Below, in pieces: positions 30,600 to 40,482 of a stretch of 64,000 nucleotides of DNA. Source of the stretch: Escherichia phage 121Q; the sequence record NC_025447.1. One strand, 5' to 3'. Position numbers and translations under genes: made by a program. The notes under the pieces are model-generated. The model was not told the origin of the DNA, did no database searches, and was given only the letters and a program-made list of their open reading frames with translations. Every line of letters begins with the position of its first letter. The first letter of the stretch is position 1.

Positions 30600-30807
30600 C
30601 ATCACATTACAAGAAAGGTTCATACGCATCAACTATGCAATTTCCAAATTAGATGCTACAATAGGATTTCAAAGTCTACCATTCAAAACAAGAATGATAT
30701 TAGAGTGTGAAGCCAAGTTAGGTGTACTGTTAGGGACGCAACACCAACAACGATATGTGGAAATCTGGATTGACCTTTTAACCCAAAATATATATGAGAG
30801 AATGTAA
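30592..30807 (+). CDS. family-2 small protein
   Basis: Core LLGTQHQQRYV. Confidence 0.6.
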   Translation: MINITLQERFIRINYAISKLDATIGFQSLPFKTRMILECEAKLGVLLGTQHQQRYVEIWIDLLTQNIYERM

Positions 30808-31044
30808 ATGCAAAATGAAATGATATACTTAACACCTGCTGAGTTAACAGAAAGACTAGTTAAATCCAGAAGATATACAAATCAACTTCCTCACAACCCA
30901 AACCAGACCCCAGCCGAAAGGAGTGCAGAAGTTTTATTCCAATCACTACCATACCTTCTTGGAACTAATAGACAAGAGTATCATATCGAACGTATAATTA
31001 AATATCTTAAAATTACTATTAAGGAAAAAGTAAATGCAAAATGA
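30808..31044 (+). CDS. family-2 small protein (recent duplicate of 31034-31279)
   Basis: MQNEMIYLT...LPYLLGTNRQEYHIERIIKYLKITIKEK, near-identical to next gene. Confidence 0.65.
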   Translation: MQNEMIYLTPAELTERLVKSRRYTNQLPHNPNQTPAERSAEVLFQSLPYLLGTNRQEYHIERIIKYLKITIKEKVNAK

Positions 31045-31279
31045 AATGATATACTTAACATATAATGAATACGTCGAGAGATTAGTTAGTGCCAAGAGAT
31101 ATGCCAATCAACTTCCTAATGATCCAAACCAAACCCCAGAGGAAAAGAATGCGGAAGCTCTATTCCAAGCACTACCATACCTTCTTGGAACTGATAGGCA
31201 GGAGTATCACGTTGAACGTATAATTAAATCTCTTAAAATCACTATTAAGGAAAAGATACATGAAACACTTGACAGATGA
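31034..31279 (+). CDS. family-2 small protein (recent duplicate of 30808-31044)
   Basis: MQNEMIYLT...LPYLLGTDRQEYHVERIIKSLKITIKEK. Confidence 0.65.
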   Translation: MQNEMIYLTYNEYVERLVSAKRYANQLPNDPNQTPEEKNAEALFQALPYLLGTDRQEYHVERIIKSLKITIKEKIHETLDR

Positions 31280-31490
31280 TGAACATGGGCTTATAGTAAT
31301 GGATGTAATCAACATCGAATACAAAAAGTTGATACGCTACCGTTGTTATGAAGATAAGCAACTAGTTCTAGCAGAACAGAAGTTGTTTCGACTCTTAAAC
31401 ACAAACTACCAAGCACAATACGAAGAATCGTATATGTACCTTTTGGCGAGGAAAGCAAAAAGAGATTATGAAAATTTTAAGCAAAGGTGA
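31260..31490 (+). CDS. family-2 small protein
   Basis: Core LLNTNYQAQY. Confidence 0.6.
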   Translation: MKHLTDDEHGLIVMDVINIEYKKLIRYRCYEDKQLVLAEQKLFRLLNTNYQAQYEESYMYLLARKAKRDYENFKQR

Positions 31491-31689
31491 TTCAGTAATA
31501 TTACTTATAGAGAGTTCAAGTAAATTCTTAAACATAACACTGTCTGATATAGATGAAGATGATAAAGAAGTACTGAGAGCAGATTTAAGAGTACTGTTAC
31601 ATCTCGGAACAAACCTACAAGAAGAATATGTAGAGTGCTACATCAATGAACTTAAAGAATCAGTACTGAGAAGATGCAAATGCAAATGA
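31468..31689 (+). CDS. family-2 small protein
   Basis: Core HLGTNLQEEYV. Confidence 0.6.
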   Translation: MKILSKGDSVILLIESSSKFLNITLSDIDEDDKEVLRADLRVLLHLGTNLQEEYVECYINELKESVLRRCKCK

Positions 31690-31907
31690 AAATGATTACC
31701 GACGAAGAATACCTAACAATTATAAATGGATTGTTTTTGAAGTTGTTTGTTATTAACACATCAGATATACCAGATATGGATAAAATTATTAAGAGAAATG
31801 AAATCTATGTTCTAGCTACCCTGGGAACTAACTATCAAGAATACGATATTAATGATTATATTAATACACTTAAACGAGCGATTGAACTAAAATGCCAAAA
31901 CCACTAG
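31674..31907 (+). CDS. family-2 small protein
   Basis: Core TLGTNYQEYDI. Confidence 0.6.
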   Translation: MQMQMKMITDEEYLTIINGLFLKLFVINTSDIPDMDKIIKRNEIYVLATLGTNYQEYDINDYINTLKRAIELKCQNH

Positions 31908-32107
31908 GAACAGCAGAATACATTGAACTCATGGGATTACACTTCTCATCCTTTCAGAAACTTATGCGAGAATCAAAGAATGATTTAGAATATACCATCA
32001 GAGGTTCAGATTTAAGAATGCTTCTCACCCTAGACACAGATTCCCAAGAGCGTTTTGTCAATGAGCACATTAGAGCACTTTTAATGGAAATTCAAAGTAA
32101 ACTATGA
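31892..32107 (+). CDS. family-2 small protein
   Basis: Core TLDTDSQERFV. Confidence 0.6.
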   Translation: MPKPLGTAEYIELMGLHFSSFQKLMRESKNDLEYTIRGSDLRMLLTLDTDSQERFVNEHIRALLMEIQSKL

Positions 32108-32319
32108 AGGTAATATCAAACCAAGAGTACTTGGCACTATTCAGGAAGAATAATCACAAATATATGGCACTTGATTCAAGAACTGATATAAGTGAACTTG
32201 AAAAAAATCTTTTGCGTTCAGAGATGATAGTACTGACACTCTTAGGAACACAGCATCAAGAAAGAACTGTTAATTCACACATAGAAATACTTAAGAAGCT
32301 TATACAGGAAAAGTTATGA
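32104..32319 (+). CDS. family-2 small protein
   Basis: Core LLGTQHQERTV. Confidence 0.6.
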   Translation: MKVISNQEYLALFRKNNHKYMALDSRTDISELEKNLLRSEMIVLTLLGTQHQERTVNSHIEILKKLIQEKL

Positions 32320-32537
32320 GAATCATAACACAACAAGATATTCTTAAGTTCACAAGGGTTCATGCATCTGAATTTGATGCTATATTATCAAAAAGTTACA
32401 ACAACCCTTATACAGAAGATGTACACTACAATGAATTATGGGTGTATATACTTTTAGGTACAGATCATCAAGAGCAAGCCGTACAGAGGTATTTGAGTGC
32501 TTTAAGTACTGCTACTGCTAATGGAGTATGTGTTTAA
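32316..32537 (+). CDS. family-2 small protein
   Basis: Core LLGTDHQEQAV. Confidence 0.6.
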   Translation: MRIITQQDILKFTRVHASEFDAILSKSYNNPYTEDVHYNELWVYILLGTDHQEQAVQRYLSALSTATANGVCV

Positions 32538-32538
32538 T

Positions 32539-32781
32539 ATGAAAGTACTATCTGAATTAGAAATGCATAATAGATTATACAAGTACTACCATTTACTTAA
32601 ACCTATACAGAGGATTAAGTGTCCCTTTGAAGTGAAACAGGTTTTAATTTATGAGCATAAGTTCTTTGTATCATTAGGTACGAACCATCAAGAGTACTTT
32701 TTGAAGTTGTACTTGATTACATTAATAGATTTAATTCACTATAAAACCAAACAAGCTAATAAAGAGAAATATGAAAACTAA
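32539..32781 (+). CDS. family-2 small protein
   Basis: Start trimmed to ATG 32539; core SLGTNHQEYFL. Confidence 0.6.
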   Translation: MKVLSELEMHNRLYKYYHLLKPIQRIKCPFEVKQVLIYEHKFFVSLGTNHQEYFLKLYLITLIDLIHYKTKQANKEKYEN

Positions 32782-33112
32782 AATTCAACTCAGGGTATAC
32801 ATATCGTATGAAAATATATACGTTAAAAGTAGTCTATGTAAAGATGTAATGGACTACAAAGGTAAACCATTCACAGTTACTTACAGTTTAACAGGAGGTT
32901 TATATATCTCTTTTGCTAATTACGAAAATAATATGTACGAACACATTGACATTGAAGATTTAAGTACTTTATCACCAGAGGAATACTTTCAGGAATCATT
33001 AGTATGGGATTTAGAGTTTCCTATGCCATTAGTACATAAGATGATAGTACTAATGAAAGAATCTAAACAGGAGCCTAATGGTGATTATGAAGAACACATT
33101 ATTGAGTATTAA
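32771..33112 (+). CDS. family-3 protein (EExYFQxS core)
   Basis: Core LSPEEYFQESLVWD. Confidence 0.6.
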   Translation: MKTKIQLRVYISYENIYVKSSLCKDVMDYKGKPFTVTYSLTGGLYISFANYENNMYEHIDIEDLSTLSPEEYFQESLVWDLEFPMPLVHKMIVLMKESKQEPNGDYEEHIIEY

Positions 33113-33144
33113 GAGTTCTGATAGTACTGATAGTACAAATGTTC

Positions 33145-33173
33145 TTGACAGTACTTTTCATTACTGATATAGT
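33145..33173 (+). promoter_or_regulatory. sigma70-like promoter inside array 3
   Basis: TTGACA, 17-nt spacer, TATAGT. Confidence 0.5.
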
Positions 33174-33202
33174 GCACCAACGTTAATCATAGGGTACAGA
33201 TT

Positions 33203-33448
33203 ATGTTAAAATTTTTAAATTTCCTTATCGTCTTGTGTATTGTTCTTGGAATTGCACCGTTTGTATTAGCGTATCTGGATTCAGATGAAATGCAGAAGAT
33301 GAATTGCACAAAGACAGGACAGAGTAGAGAAGAGACGGTTATGATGCCTGTAACGGTTATTGTGAATAACATACCAATTACGAACATGATTCCTACCCTA
33401 ACGACAACGTACCAGTACTCTTGTACAGATGGAGAGAGGTGGAGATGA
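33203..33448 (+). CDS. small membrane protein (81 aa)
   Basis: SD AGGGTACAGATT; hydrophobic N-terminus MLKFLNFLIVLCIVLGIAPFVLAYL. Confidence 0.5.
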   Translation: MLKFLNFLIVLCIVLGIAPFVLAYLDSDEMQKMNCTKTGQSREETVMMPVTVIVNNIPITNMIPTLTTTYQYSCTDGERWR

Positions 33449-33765
33449 AATTTAATATAGCAAAAACATCGAATGTATGTATATTTGGTTATGCAGATGA
33501 GTTAGGTGATATTGACATTCTTTTGTACAAAAAGGATGGTGTTATGCATTTCAAGTACCAGGATGAAGAGGCAGACAATTATCCTTTACCTAATTTAGTA
33601 CAAATGCAGGAAGAGGAATTATTCCAGTACAGCTTAGTATATGACATTGATATTTGCACGATGCCAGTACTAATTAATATTCAAAAAGTGATGCTCGATG
33701 TGTTTGATAGGCTAATACAAGGCACACAAGGAAGAACCATATATGTCAATGTACAAGACAATTAA
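33445..33765 (+). CDS. family-3 protein
   Basis: Start trimmed to ATG 33445 after SD GGAGAGGTGGAG; core QEEELFQYSLVYD. Confidence 0.6.
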   Translation: MKFNIAKTSNVCIFGYADELGDIDILLYKKDGVMHFKYQDEEADNYPLPNLVQMQEEELFQYSLVYDIDICTMPVLINIQKVMLDVFDRLIQGTQGRTIYVNVQDN

Positions 33766-33958
33766 TCAAGAATGGAAGACCCAAAAGTACAGGGAATTCA
33801 GTACTAGTTTAACAAAAGATGCATTGAATTTAAAAAGAACAGAGTTTGATATGTTTATTTTTCTTGGAACACGTTCACAGGAACAATACATTCATTATTA
33901 TATAAGTTCATTGCGAACGGAGATCGTATGCAAAACACAGGGTATTATAAAAAAGTAA
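33743..33958 (+). CDS. family-2-like small protein (outlier copy inside array 3)
   Basis: Core FLGTRSQEQYI. Confidence 0.55.
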   Translation: MSMYKTINQEWKTQKYREFSTSLTKDALNLKRTEFDMFIFLGTRSQEQYIHYYISSLRTEIVCKTQGIIKK

Positions 33959-34194
33959 ACCAATATTTGTACGCTACAAAGTACAGGGATTTTTGTTTAA
34001 AGGGTGGTGATGAAGATTTTTCTTTGCGATTATCAGAATTTAATCTGTTATTTTATCTTGGTACATCGGAACAAGAAGAAATGGCACAGAAATTTATCAA
34101 GCACCTTGAACAAAAAATTCATATGCAAATTTTGATGCTTAAGGTACATAATGAGATAAACAAATATGAACCCAACAATAGTACAGGATCTTAA
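33928..34194 (+). CDS. family-2-like small protein
   Basis: Core YLGTSEQEEMA. Confidence 0.55.
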   Translation: MQNTGYYKKVNQYLYATKYRDFCLKGGDEDFSLRLSEFNLLFYLGTSEQEEMAQKFIKHLEQKIHMQILMLKVHNEINKYEPNNSTGS

Positions 34195-34552
34195 ACAAGT
34201 AATATTCCTTTTGAATACAAGAAGTGAATTGTATACAGAGTTAGAAGAGATTAATGCATTTTATCAGAATTTTGTAATTCAAGAGTTCAGTGATTTAATT
34301 ACAGATGCATTATTTGAATTCTCGGAGAAATACAAAGGAACAGAGTTCAGTGTTAAGAATGTTATTCGTCCAATTACAAGGAAAATTATATTATCACATT
34401 TTACATTTGACAATAAAGATTTATTCAGTCATAATCCAAGTACAGCTTTATATTTTATTCCTGATTCAGACAAAAATCATCCTATTCATTACGGATGGAT
34501 TTTGTCGTACATAGTACAAGGAAAGGAGTATCCTATTAAATGGAACGATTAG
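34166..34552 (+). CDS. hypothetical protein (128 aa)
   Basis: ORF in array; family motif not evident. Confidence 0.5.
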   Translation: MNPTIVQDLKQVIFLLNTRSELYTELEEINAFYQNFVIQEFSDLITDALFEFSEKYKGTEFSVKNVIRPITRKIILSHFTFDNKDLFSHNPSTALYFIPDSDKNHPIHYGWILSYIVQGKEYPIKWND

Positions 34553-34700
34553 GGCGATTAGATTATTACACAATTAATACAAATTATTTGTTGCGTAATA
34601 TAAAATCCGATTACAAAATATGGATAAAGAACAGAGATAGTATGTGTTATGAATTTTATTTAGATTATGCCATCAAACGCTTTTTAAGAGAAGAACATTA

Positions 34701-34892
34701 ATGCACACCACGCACACAGAGCACAAAAATACAAAAACGATAAATGTTTTAAATGATTCTTTATTGGTGAGTATAAATTTATATTATAAAATTCATTTAA
34801 ATGGTGGTATTGAAAATTTTAGTTATTATTTGAGTACAATATCGCAAGAGCATTTAATATACCAAGATCATTTATTGCACCCGAATCCATAA
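34701..34892 (+). CDS. hypothetical protein (63 aa), uncertain
   Basis: ORF in a 350-bp gap; no clear SD. Confidence 0.3.
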   Translation: MHTTHTEHKNTKTINVLNDSLLVSINLYYKIHLNGGIENFSYYLSTISQEHLIYQDHLLHPNP

Positions 34893-34900
34893 GGCAAATT

Positions 34901-35446
34901 ATGAATGATATAGAATTATTAGCACACAAGATTAGTACAATAATGCTTATCCTCAATAACAACCATCCTATATCGAAGATAGATGGAATCCTGAGTCAGA
35001 GGACAGGTGGTAGTTTATATTTGACATTAACAGAGGTTATCGCAAGGAATTACATTGATATTGAAATCGAGAACAGTGATGCATCAGGAAAGGTTGATGT
35101 AGGTGCATTAATCAGTTCAAATCCAGTATCAGCATCCCCATTGACCAAAGGTGTTAGTACAGGATTCGAAGGGTATTTGTGGTACAATACCAATGATGAT
35201 TATTTTATATATCAGCATTCCAATACAAATTATGATGAAGACAAATTTCAGTTCATAGACCCTTATGATGAAGCTGAAGTATTTCAAAAATCATTAATCA
35301 CAAAACCGCATGAGATGATGTATCTAATGTTATTCAGTACAATGCATTTGAATCCATTAATTAAAGGTTTAAAATTTTATATTCAATTGAATTTAGTCCA
35401 TGTAGTTTATGATTTATTAATGCAAGGATATAGTTATGAAGTATAA
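34901..35446 (+). CDS. family-3 protein
   Basis: Core EAEVFQKSLI. Confidence 0.6.
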   Translation: MNDIELLAHKISTIMLILNNNHPISKIDGILSQRTGGSLYLTLTEVIARNYIDIEIENSDASGKVDVGALISSNPVSASPLTKGVSTGFEGYLWYNTNDDYFIYQHSNTNYDEDKFQFIDPYDEAEVFQKSLITKPHEMMYLMLFSTMHLNPLIKGLKFYIQLNLVHVVYDLLMQGYSYEV

Positions 35447-35753
35447 AATGCTTAATACAGTATCAGGGGTATATGTAGAATTAGAATCCGATTATTCAGA
35501 TGGATGGAATTTTATTAAACGACACGATAGAAATACATGGTACATGGCACATTTGGATAATGACGTAATAATAGATAATTTTGTCGATTTTAATACATTA
35601 TCAGAAGAAGAATTTTTCCAAATGCAATTTGTGCTTGATACAAATGGATTTGATTTGCTATTATTAAGGAATATTCAGAAAGCGGTTAATGAATTCATAA
35701 TCCAAAATAATTCAGGTAAAATGGGGATGTTCCATGATCTGGAAGTACAATGA
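35436..35753 (+). CDS. family-3 protein
   Basis: Core SEEEFFQMQFVLD. Confidence 0.6.
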   Translation: MKYKMLNTVSGVYVELESDYSDGWNFIKRHDRNTWYMAHLDNDVIIDNFVDFNTLSEEEFFQMQFVLDTNGFDLLLLRNIQKAVNEFIIQNNSGKMGMFHDLEVQ

Positions 35754-36291
35754 AATTCAGTACACCTACGCTAATGCAATCCTTATGGGACAAAAGTTAG
35801 CTTGTATTGTTGCAGCCTTATATAATGCCCAGAAATATCACAAGCGTCATTTCCACAAATGTATTGGTATTATTCCATCGAAGTACAATACATATATTGC
35901 GTGCACGAGTCATTTTGATAAACGATTCAATACACCTGATACCCCAAATGCCAGTAGTGTTATTGGTCTTTTGGATTTCGCACCTGGTGCTGTTATTGGA
36001 AAGAATGATTTAGAGTACACATGGTATAATAAAAATGCCCCGTTAGTAATGGTAAAATATGATACAGAAACGAATAAAACAATAGAGTACAATACATATA
36101 AATCAGAGGAAGAATTTTTCCAAGGTTCATTGCTTGTGCCAGTGCGTTTGTTGTTTTATAATGTCCTTATTAGTACAGTACACAATAGTCCATTACACAA
36201 GAATCACAAAATTAATTTCAATTTTTGTGCTTATGCGATTGATGGTGTGTATGAGTGTTTAATGGAGGTATTGAGTTATGAAGCTGAATAA
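35734..36291 (+). CDS. family-3 protein
   Basis: Core SEEEFFQGSLLV. Confidence 0.6.
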   Translation: MIWKYNEIQYTYANAILMGQKLACIVAALYNAQKYHKRHFHKCIGIIPSKYNTYIACTSHFDKRFNTPDTPNASSVIGLLDFAPGAVIGKNDLEYTWYNKNAPLVMVKYDTETNKTIEYNTYKSEEEFFQGSLLVPVRLLFYNVLISTVHNSPLHKNHKINFNFCAYAIDGVYECLMEVLSYEAE

Positions 36292-36619
36292 TACATTTGA
36301 TATTAATAAGTTAAGAGAATGGTTTTATAGTATTGAAATTGAAGCCATCCCGTATCATAGATATGAACAATATAATTTAACCAGTATTGATATCAGTGAG
36401 TTGTACGCGTATTATCAAAGTGCATTAGAGATGCATAAGTTATTTTTGAGTACAGATTTTGTTCTAAATTACAATTTTGAGGAATTTAATAATTATAATT
36501 TAGTACAGAAATATGTAGTAGCAAAGTATATGTACCTTCAAGGAATTACAAGTAATTTGGAATTCAATACAGTCCTTGCTTTAGTTGAGGTAATTTTATG
36601 CAGTACATGTATGATTTAG
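36278..36619 (+). CDS. family-3-like protein (degenerate core)
   Basis: ELYAYYQSALEM. Confidence 0.5.
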   Translation: MKLNNTFDINKLREWFYSIEIEAIPYHRYEQYNLTSIDISELYAYYQSALEMHKLFLSTDFVLNYNFEEFNNYNLVQKYVVAKYMYLQGITSNLEFNTVLALVEVILCSTCMI

Positions 36620-37104
36620 AGTTCAGCTTAGATGCTGCATTTAAATATGTTCACAAGATAGAAACAATATACAGTACATTATGTGCAATACAATCAGTAT
36701 CATCTGAGTTTGATGTTGGTGAAAAATATCAGGTATGGAATAATACATTTCTAAACAAAGAACGTTGCTCTACGGGGTTTAATATTTTAACATTTAATCC
36801 CAGCAATTGTTACCCAGAGAAGCATGAACGTTATCCGAATGACGACATGTGGTTTGATTACACAAAAGATGGTGATATGTCATCCCTTGTAGTTCCTGAT
36901 GATTTTAATGCCGAAGATTTAACGGAAGAGTGGTGGTTTCAACAGAATTTAGTACACGATGATATTGATTTATTTTTTTATGTAGTATTTAAAATGCTTT
37001 ACCACAACAATATATTAAAAGATAGTGTGTTTTTTTCATGTCTATATATTGATGATTTGTACAATGAAATCCAAATCAACATTCCCAGCACGCCTGTATC
37101 GTAA
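36598..37104 (+). CDS. family-3 protein
   Basis: Core TEEWWFQQNLVHDD. Confidence 0.6.
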   Translation: MQYMYDLEFSLDAAFKYVHKIETIYSTLCAIQSVSSEFDVGEKYQVWNNTFLNKERCSTGFNILTFNPSNCYPEKHERYPNDDMWFDYTKDGDMSSLVVPDDFNAEDLTEEWWFQQNLVHDDIDLFFYVVFKMLYHNNILKDSVFFSCLYIDDLYNEIQINIPSTPVS

Positions 37105-37129
37105 GATATGGGCTTTTTTCGTTTTGGTA

Positions 37130-37158
37130 TTGACAAAGAAGTGCAAAGCTGTTATCAT
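37130..37158 (+). promoter_or_regulatory. internal sigma70-like promoter in array 3
   Basis: TTGACA, 17-nt spacer, TATCAT; followed by SD AAGGAGAACAT. Confidence 0.5.
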
Positions 37159-37186
37159 GTGTAATCATTTTAAAGGAGAACATATA

Positions 37187-37687
37187 GTGAGTTTCATAAT
37201 CCCAAGTACATACGAAGATGCATCAAGTGCAGTTCATAAGATTCATTATATTTTTAATTTAATTATTAGATCTGCAAAAATTAAAATGTATGCACCTCTT
37301 GTGACAAATAATCGAAATGAAGAAATTTTTATTAGCACAGACAAAATTATTTTTCCATATTTCAATGAAGATAGATTGTGGTTCATACATTTAGCTGCAT
37401 TACAAAAATATAAGATGTCAATTCGTAATAATTTGGTTATACCGTTATATCATCCCGATATTGGAGAGGATGAGTATTTTCAGTACAGCACAGTACACCA
37501 CCATGAAGATATCTTTGCTGCTATGCTTATTGCTAAATTGAACACCGTTGATTTGGAGCAGTACAAATACAATAATAAATCATGTAAGATCATAATCCCT
37601 GCATTCATAGCTCTTTATGATTATGTGGTGCATAACAAAAAAGATGATACATATGCTTTCAATGAAGAGTATTTGAATTTTTTTTAA
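37187..37687 (+). CDS. family-3 protein (probable GTG start)
   Basis: ORF track gives 37025; start moved to GTG 37187 after SD AAGGAG (the next gene uses the same SD with ATG); core GEDEYFQYSTVHH. Confidence 0.5.
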   Translation: MSFIIPSTYEDASSAVHKIHYIFNLIIRSAKIKMYAPLVTNNRNEEIFISTDKIIFPYFNEDRLWFIHLAALQKYKMSIRNNLVIPLYHPDIGEDEYFQYSTVHHHEDIFAAMLIAKLNTVDLEQYKYNNKSCKIIIPAFIALYDYVVHNKKDDTYAFNEEYLNFF

Positions 37688-37696
37688 GGAGAACAT

Positions 37697-38224
37697 ATGA
37701 GCAGTGACGTGCAGAAATCAATGACATTCAATGAAATTGGTGCATTTAAAGATAAGATCATTGATTGTCTTGAATACATGATTTGTAGTAATATCGAAAG
37801 TATCGAGATATTTAACAAGACAAATCGCTCTTACCATATGATGTACATTGCAAACAATAATGGTATCATTCCATTTATTTCGGATAGTACAATATGGTAC
37901 GCATGTGATACGAAAAAAACCACAATAGGTTTACATTTATTTGAGACACATTATGATCTAATTATTCCTGAACATTGTATGCAAGAAGAAGAATATTTTC
38001 AAATGCAATGTATACATTCACCATTAGTGTTGTTTAGTTTATATATTATACCTTATATCACCAAATGTGTTCATGAGAATAAAGCTCCGTGGAATCATGA
38101 ATTTGTATCGTTGAAGTTATTGTATAATGTATTAGTAGAATATTATGATTACAGGCACAATGGTACAATCAGTGATGTATGGGATTTTGAATCGCTAAGG
38201 GTGAAAACATACACAGGTGAATGA
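37697..38224 (+). CDS. family-3 protein
   Basis: SD AAGGAGAACAT; core QEEEYFQMQCIH. Confidence 0.65.
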   Translation: MSSDVQKSMTFNEIGAFKDKIIDCLEYMICSNIESIEIFNKTNRSYHMMYIANNNGIIPFISDSTIWYACDTKKTTIGLHLFETHYDLIIPEHCMQEEEYFQMQCIHSPLVLFSLYIIPYITKCVHENKAPWNHEFVSLKLLYNVLVEYYDYRHNGTISDVWDFESLRVKTYTGE

Positions 38225-38840
38225 TATGACCAGAATTAAAATGTATGATTTGATGCAGTACAGTAAAATTGCCATTCCAGTGCTTAATAAAGTGCTGGAT
38301 GCATTCATTGCCAAATACCCTGAGAATTCAGTGTTATGTATTCCATTTAGTGTTCCAGATAAAGATGATATATTCCAAGTGAATGTCAGTACACGTGGTA
38401 TTACATTGCAGCAGAAATACATGGATACGGAATATTATGGAATAAAGTTGGATTCAGTACAGGGTTCAAAATCAGCCTATGATTTTTTTGTTCCTAATAA
38501 TATAGAGTCATGGGAAACAAACATTTCAAAGAAAGATGAAAATGATGTTCCTATTAGTGGTGTGTTCAACAATAAAGTTTTTTATTATTACGAAACCGAC
38601 AAATTCCCTGAAGAGTTATATTACAATTCAGAAATGAGTGAGGATATAGATGCATTCATGTTTCAATTATCTTTAGTACATGATATCATTGATGTTCAAG
38701 AGTTAAGAGCAGAAATCAATTTAGCTAAAGAGTTATCGGACATGCTGCCACCGTTTAGTATGCTTTTTTGTGAAGGAGGTTATTTTTCAAAAGAAGTGTT
38801 TGAACATTTCGTAGATGTTGTAAAAGGGTTGGATATATAG
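38217..38840 (+). CDS. family-3 protein
   Basis: Core DIDAFMFQLSLVHD. Confidence 0.6.
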   Translation: MNDMTRIKMYDLMQYSKIAIPVLNKVLDAFIAKYPENSVLCIPFSVPDKDDIFQVNVSTRGITLQQKYMDTEYYGIKLDSVQGSKSAYDFFVPNNIESWETNISKKDENDVPISGVFNNKVFYYYETDKFPEELYYNSEMSEDIDAFMFQLSLVHDIIDVQELRAEINLAKELSDMLPPFSMLFCEGGYFSKEVFEHFVDVVKGLDI

Positions 38841-38841
38841 T

Positions 38842-39036
38842 ATGCTTATAATTGATATTAAACAAAAATACCGTAAGTTTGATTGGTTCACCGATAGTTT
38901 CCAGCTTGAATTATTACATATGAATATCAGTGAAACATTATGTGCAGAAACACAAGATGAATTTGATGATAGAGTGATGAACATAGTAATGCTTTCTTGC
39001 TTTAAACATTTTGGTTATTTTTTCGGACAGAATTGA
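38842..39036 (+). CDS. hypothetical small protein (64 aa)
   Basis: Array position; weak core. Confidence 0.45.
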   Translation: MLIIDIKQKYRKFDWFTDSFQLELLHMNISETLCAETQDEFDDRVMNIVMLSCFKHFGYFFGQN

Positions 39037-39045
39037 GGTAAAAAA

Positions 39046-39561
39046 ATGCATCAACACAAGCATCATTCATATGATTTTGCAATTAACATTATGAAGTTCA
39101 TTCGAGCGTTGGAGGATGGGAAGCTTAGTCATAAGTACAGGAAAGAGGGTAACAATTGGTTCAGAAATGATTCCGAGTTCAGTTGTCATAAAATCGTGTA
39201 TAGTAATCAGTACAGTGCCAATTACCTACAAGATGTAGTGATGTGTTTTGAATACGTGTTGCAGTTCAGGGGTTCAATCCAAGATGAGTTGATGGAGAAC
39301 ATGTACATCCGATACCTTCCAATGCTCAAAGATGAAAATGTATTATTAAATTCAATATACCAACGAGTTCGTGAAATTGAGTGCAGGGATATATTAGATA
39401 CAGAAGAATCGTATTTCCAGCATTCCCTGATTTATTCACCTGATTTATTACAGGTACATAATTTGTTTAATACATTACGTCAGAACATCAGTACAGACAT
39501 ATTTTTGTCATTATCGGATTATGATACATTTGTCAAAGATTTAGAGGAAATAGGTTTATGA
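39046..39561 (+). CDS. family-3 protein
   Basis: Core TEESYFQHSLIY. Confidence 0.6.
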   Translation: MHQHKHHSYDFAINIMKFIRALEDGKLSHKYRKEGNNWFRNDSEFSCHKIVYSNQYSANYLQDVVMCFEYVLQFRGSIQDELMENMYIRYLPMLKDENVLLNSIYQRVREIECRDILDTEESYFQHSLIYSPDLLQVHNLFNTLRQNISTDIFLSLSDYDTFVKDLEEIGL

Positions 39562-39899
39562 GTCGATTTTCGGTTTGTGTGGTAAACATAAAAAGTGATG
39601 GTAGTTTAATTGAATTAGATGTATATGATGATGATAATGCATATGGTATTAAAGTACAGGACAATGATGTGCAGTTCAGTTCAAGAACAAATTTTGAAAA
39701 TCCAGTCCAAGTTCCTAATTTCATAGAAGATGAAGCAGCACGTTTCCAATACGAAACGGCATATGACAATGTACATATGCATATTATTATGCAACAAAGT
39801 TTAGTTCAATTAGTTCCTTTGTTCAGACAAAATATATATGTACATGAATTGTCGATCAATGACGTTCGCAGTTCCGTATTGTTCGATACAAATATGTAA
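39558..39899 (+). CDS. family-3 protein
   Basis: Core DEAARFQYETAYD. Confidence 0.55.
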   Translation: MSRFSVCVVNIKSDGSLIELDVYDDDNAYGIKVQDNDVQFSSRTNFENPVQVPNFIEDEAARFQYETAYDNVHMHIIMQQSLVQLVPLFRQNIYVHELSINDVRSSVLFDTNM

Positions 39900-39909
39900 G
39901 GAAAGTACA

Positions 39910-40461
39910 ATGAGTTCAATGAGTTTATTAGATACATTAGAAAAAGACAGAAGTGCAATTAAGCGTTTAAAAGAGCAAGTACAAAAGATTGTATACAACG
40001 TTGATAAGTTTGAAGTCCCAGGAAGATTTGGTGATATTTCCCATACGGAGATCAAATCCCTTAAGTCAGATTTGTTGATTAAAAATAAAAATGGGTTGAT
40101 TTTAGTTTTGAGTTCAGATATGATGGGGGCAACACATAGTTATAATGCAGTATCGGTGCGTTCCGAGTGTGAAGGTATATATCTATCACAGGGTTTCAAT
40201 AGCGAGACACAGGTTTGTTTTTGTGATGCAGTACATGATCCTATGAAGTTCACGAGAAGTGAAGCCCAAGCGTTATTAGAGCTATCAGACGAGAGTTTGT
40301 TTCAGTACAGTACAATGTATGACAATGATAAGCTTCGTTGTATGTACGCTGTAAAGCATTATACACAGGAGTTTTCTGGATTTGCATACCTTTTAGTTAG
40401 AACCAATACCAGATATATTGATATGTTAGAAGATTACATCGATAAAGTTGTTAATGTATGA
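39910..40461 (+). CDS. family-3 protein
   Basis: Start trimmed to ATG 39910 after SD AAGGAAAG; core DESLFQYSTMYD. Confidence 0.6.
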   Translation: MSSMSLLDTLEKDRSAIKRLKEQVQKIVYNVDKFEVPGRFGDISHTEIKSLKSDLLIKNKNGLILVLSSDMMGATHSYNAVSVRSECEGIYLSQGFNSETQVCFCDAVHDPMKFTRSEAQALLELSDESLFQYSTMYDNDKLRCMYAVKHYTQEFSGFAYLLVRTNTRYIDMLEDYIDKVVNV

Positions 40462-40482
40462 TTTTGTGATGGGATGATGCTA

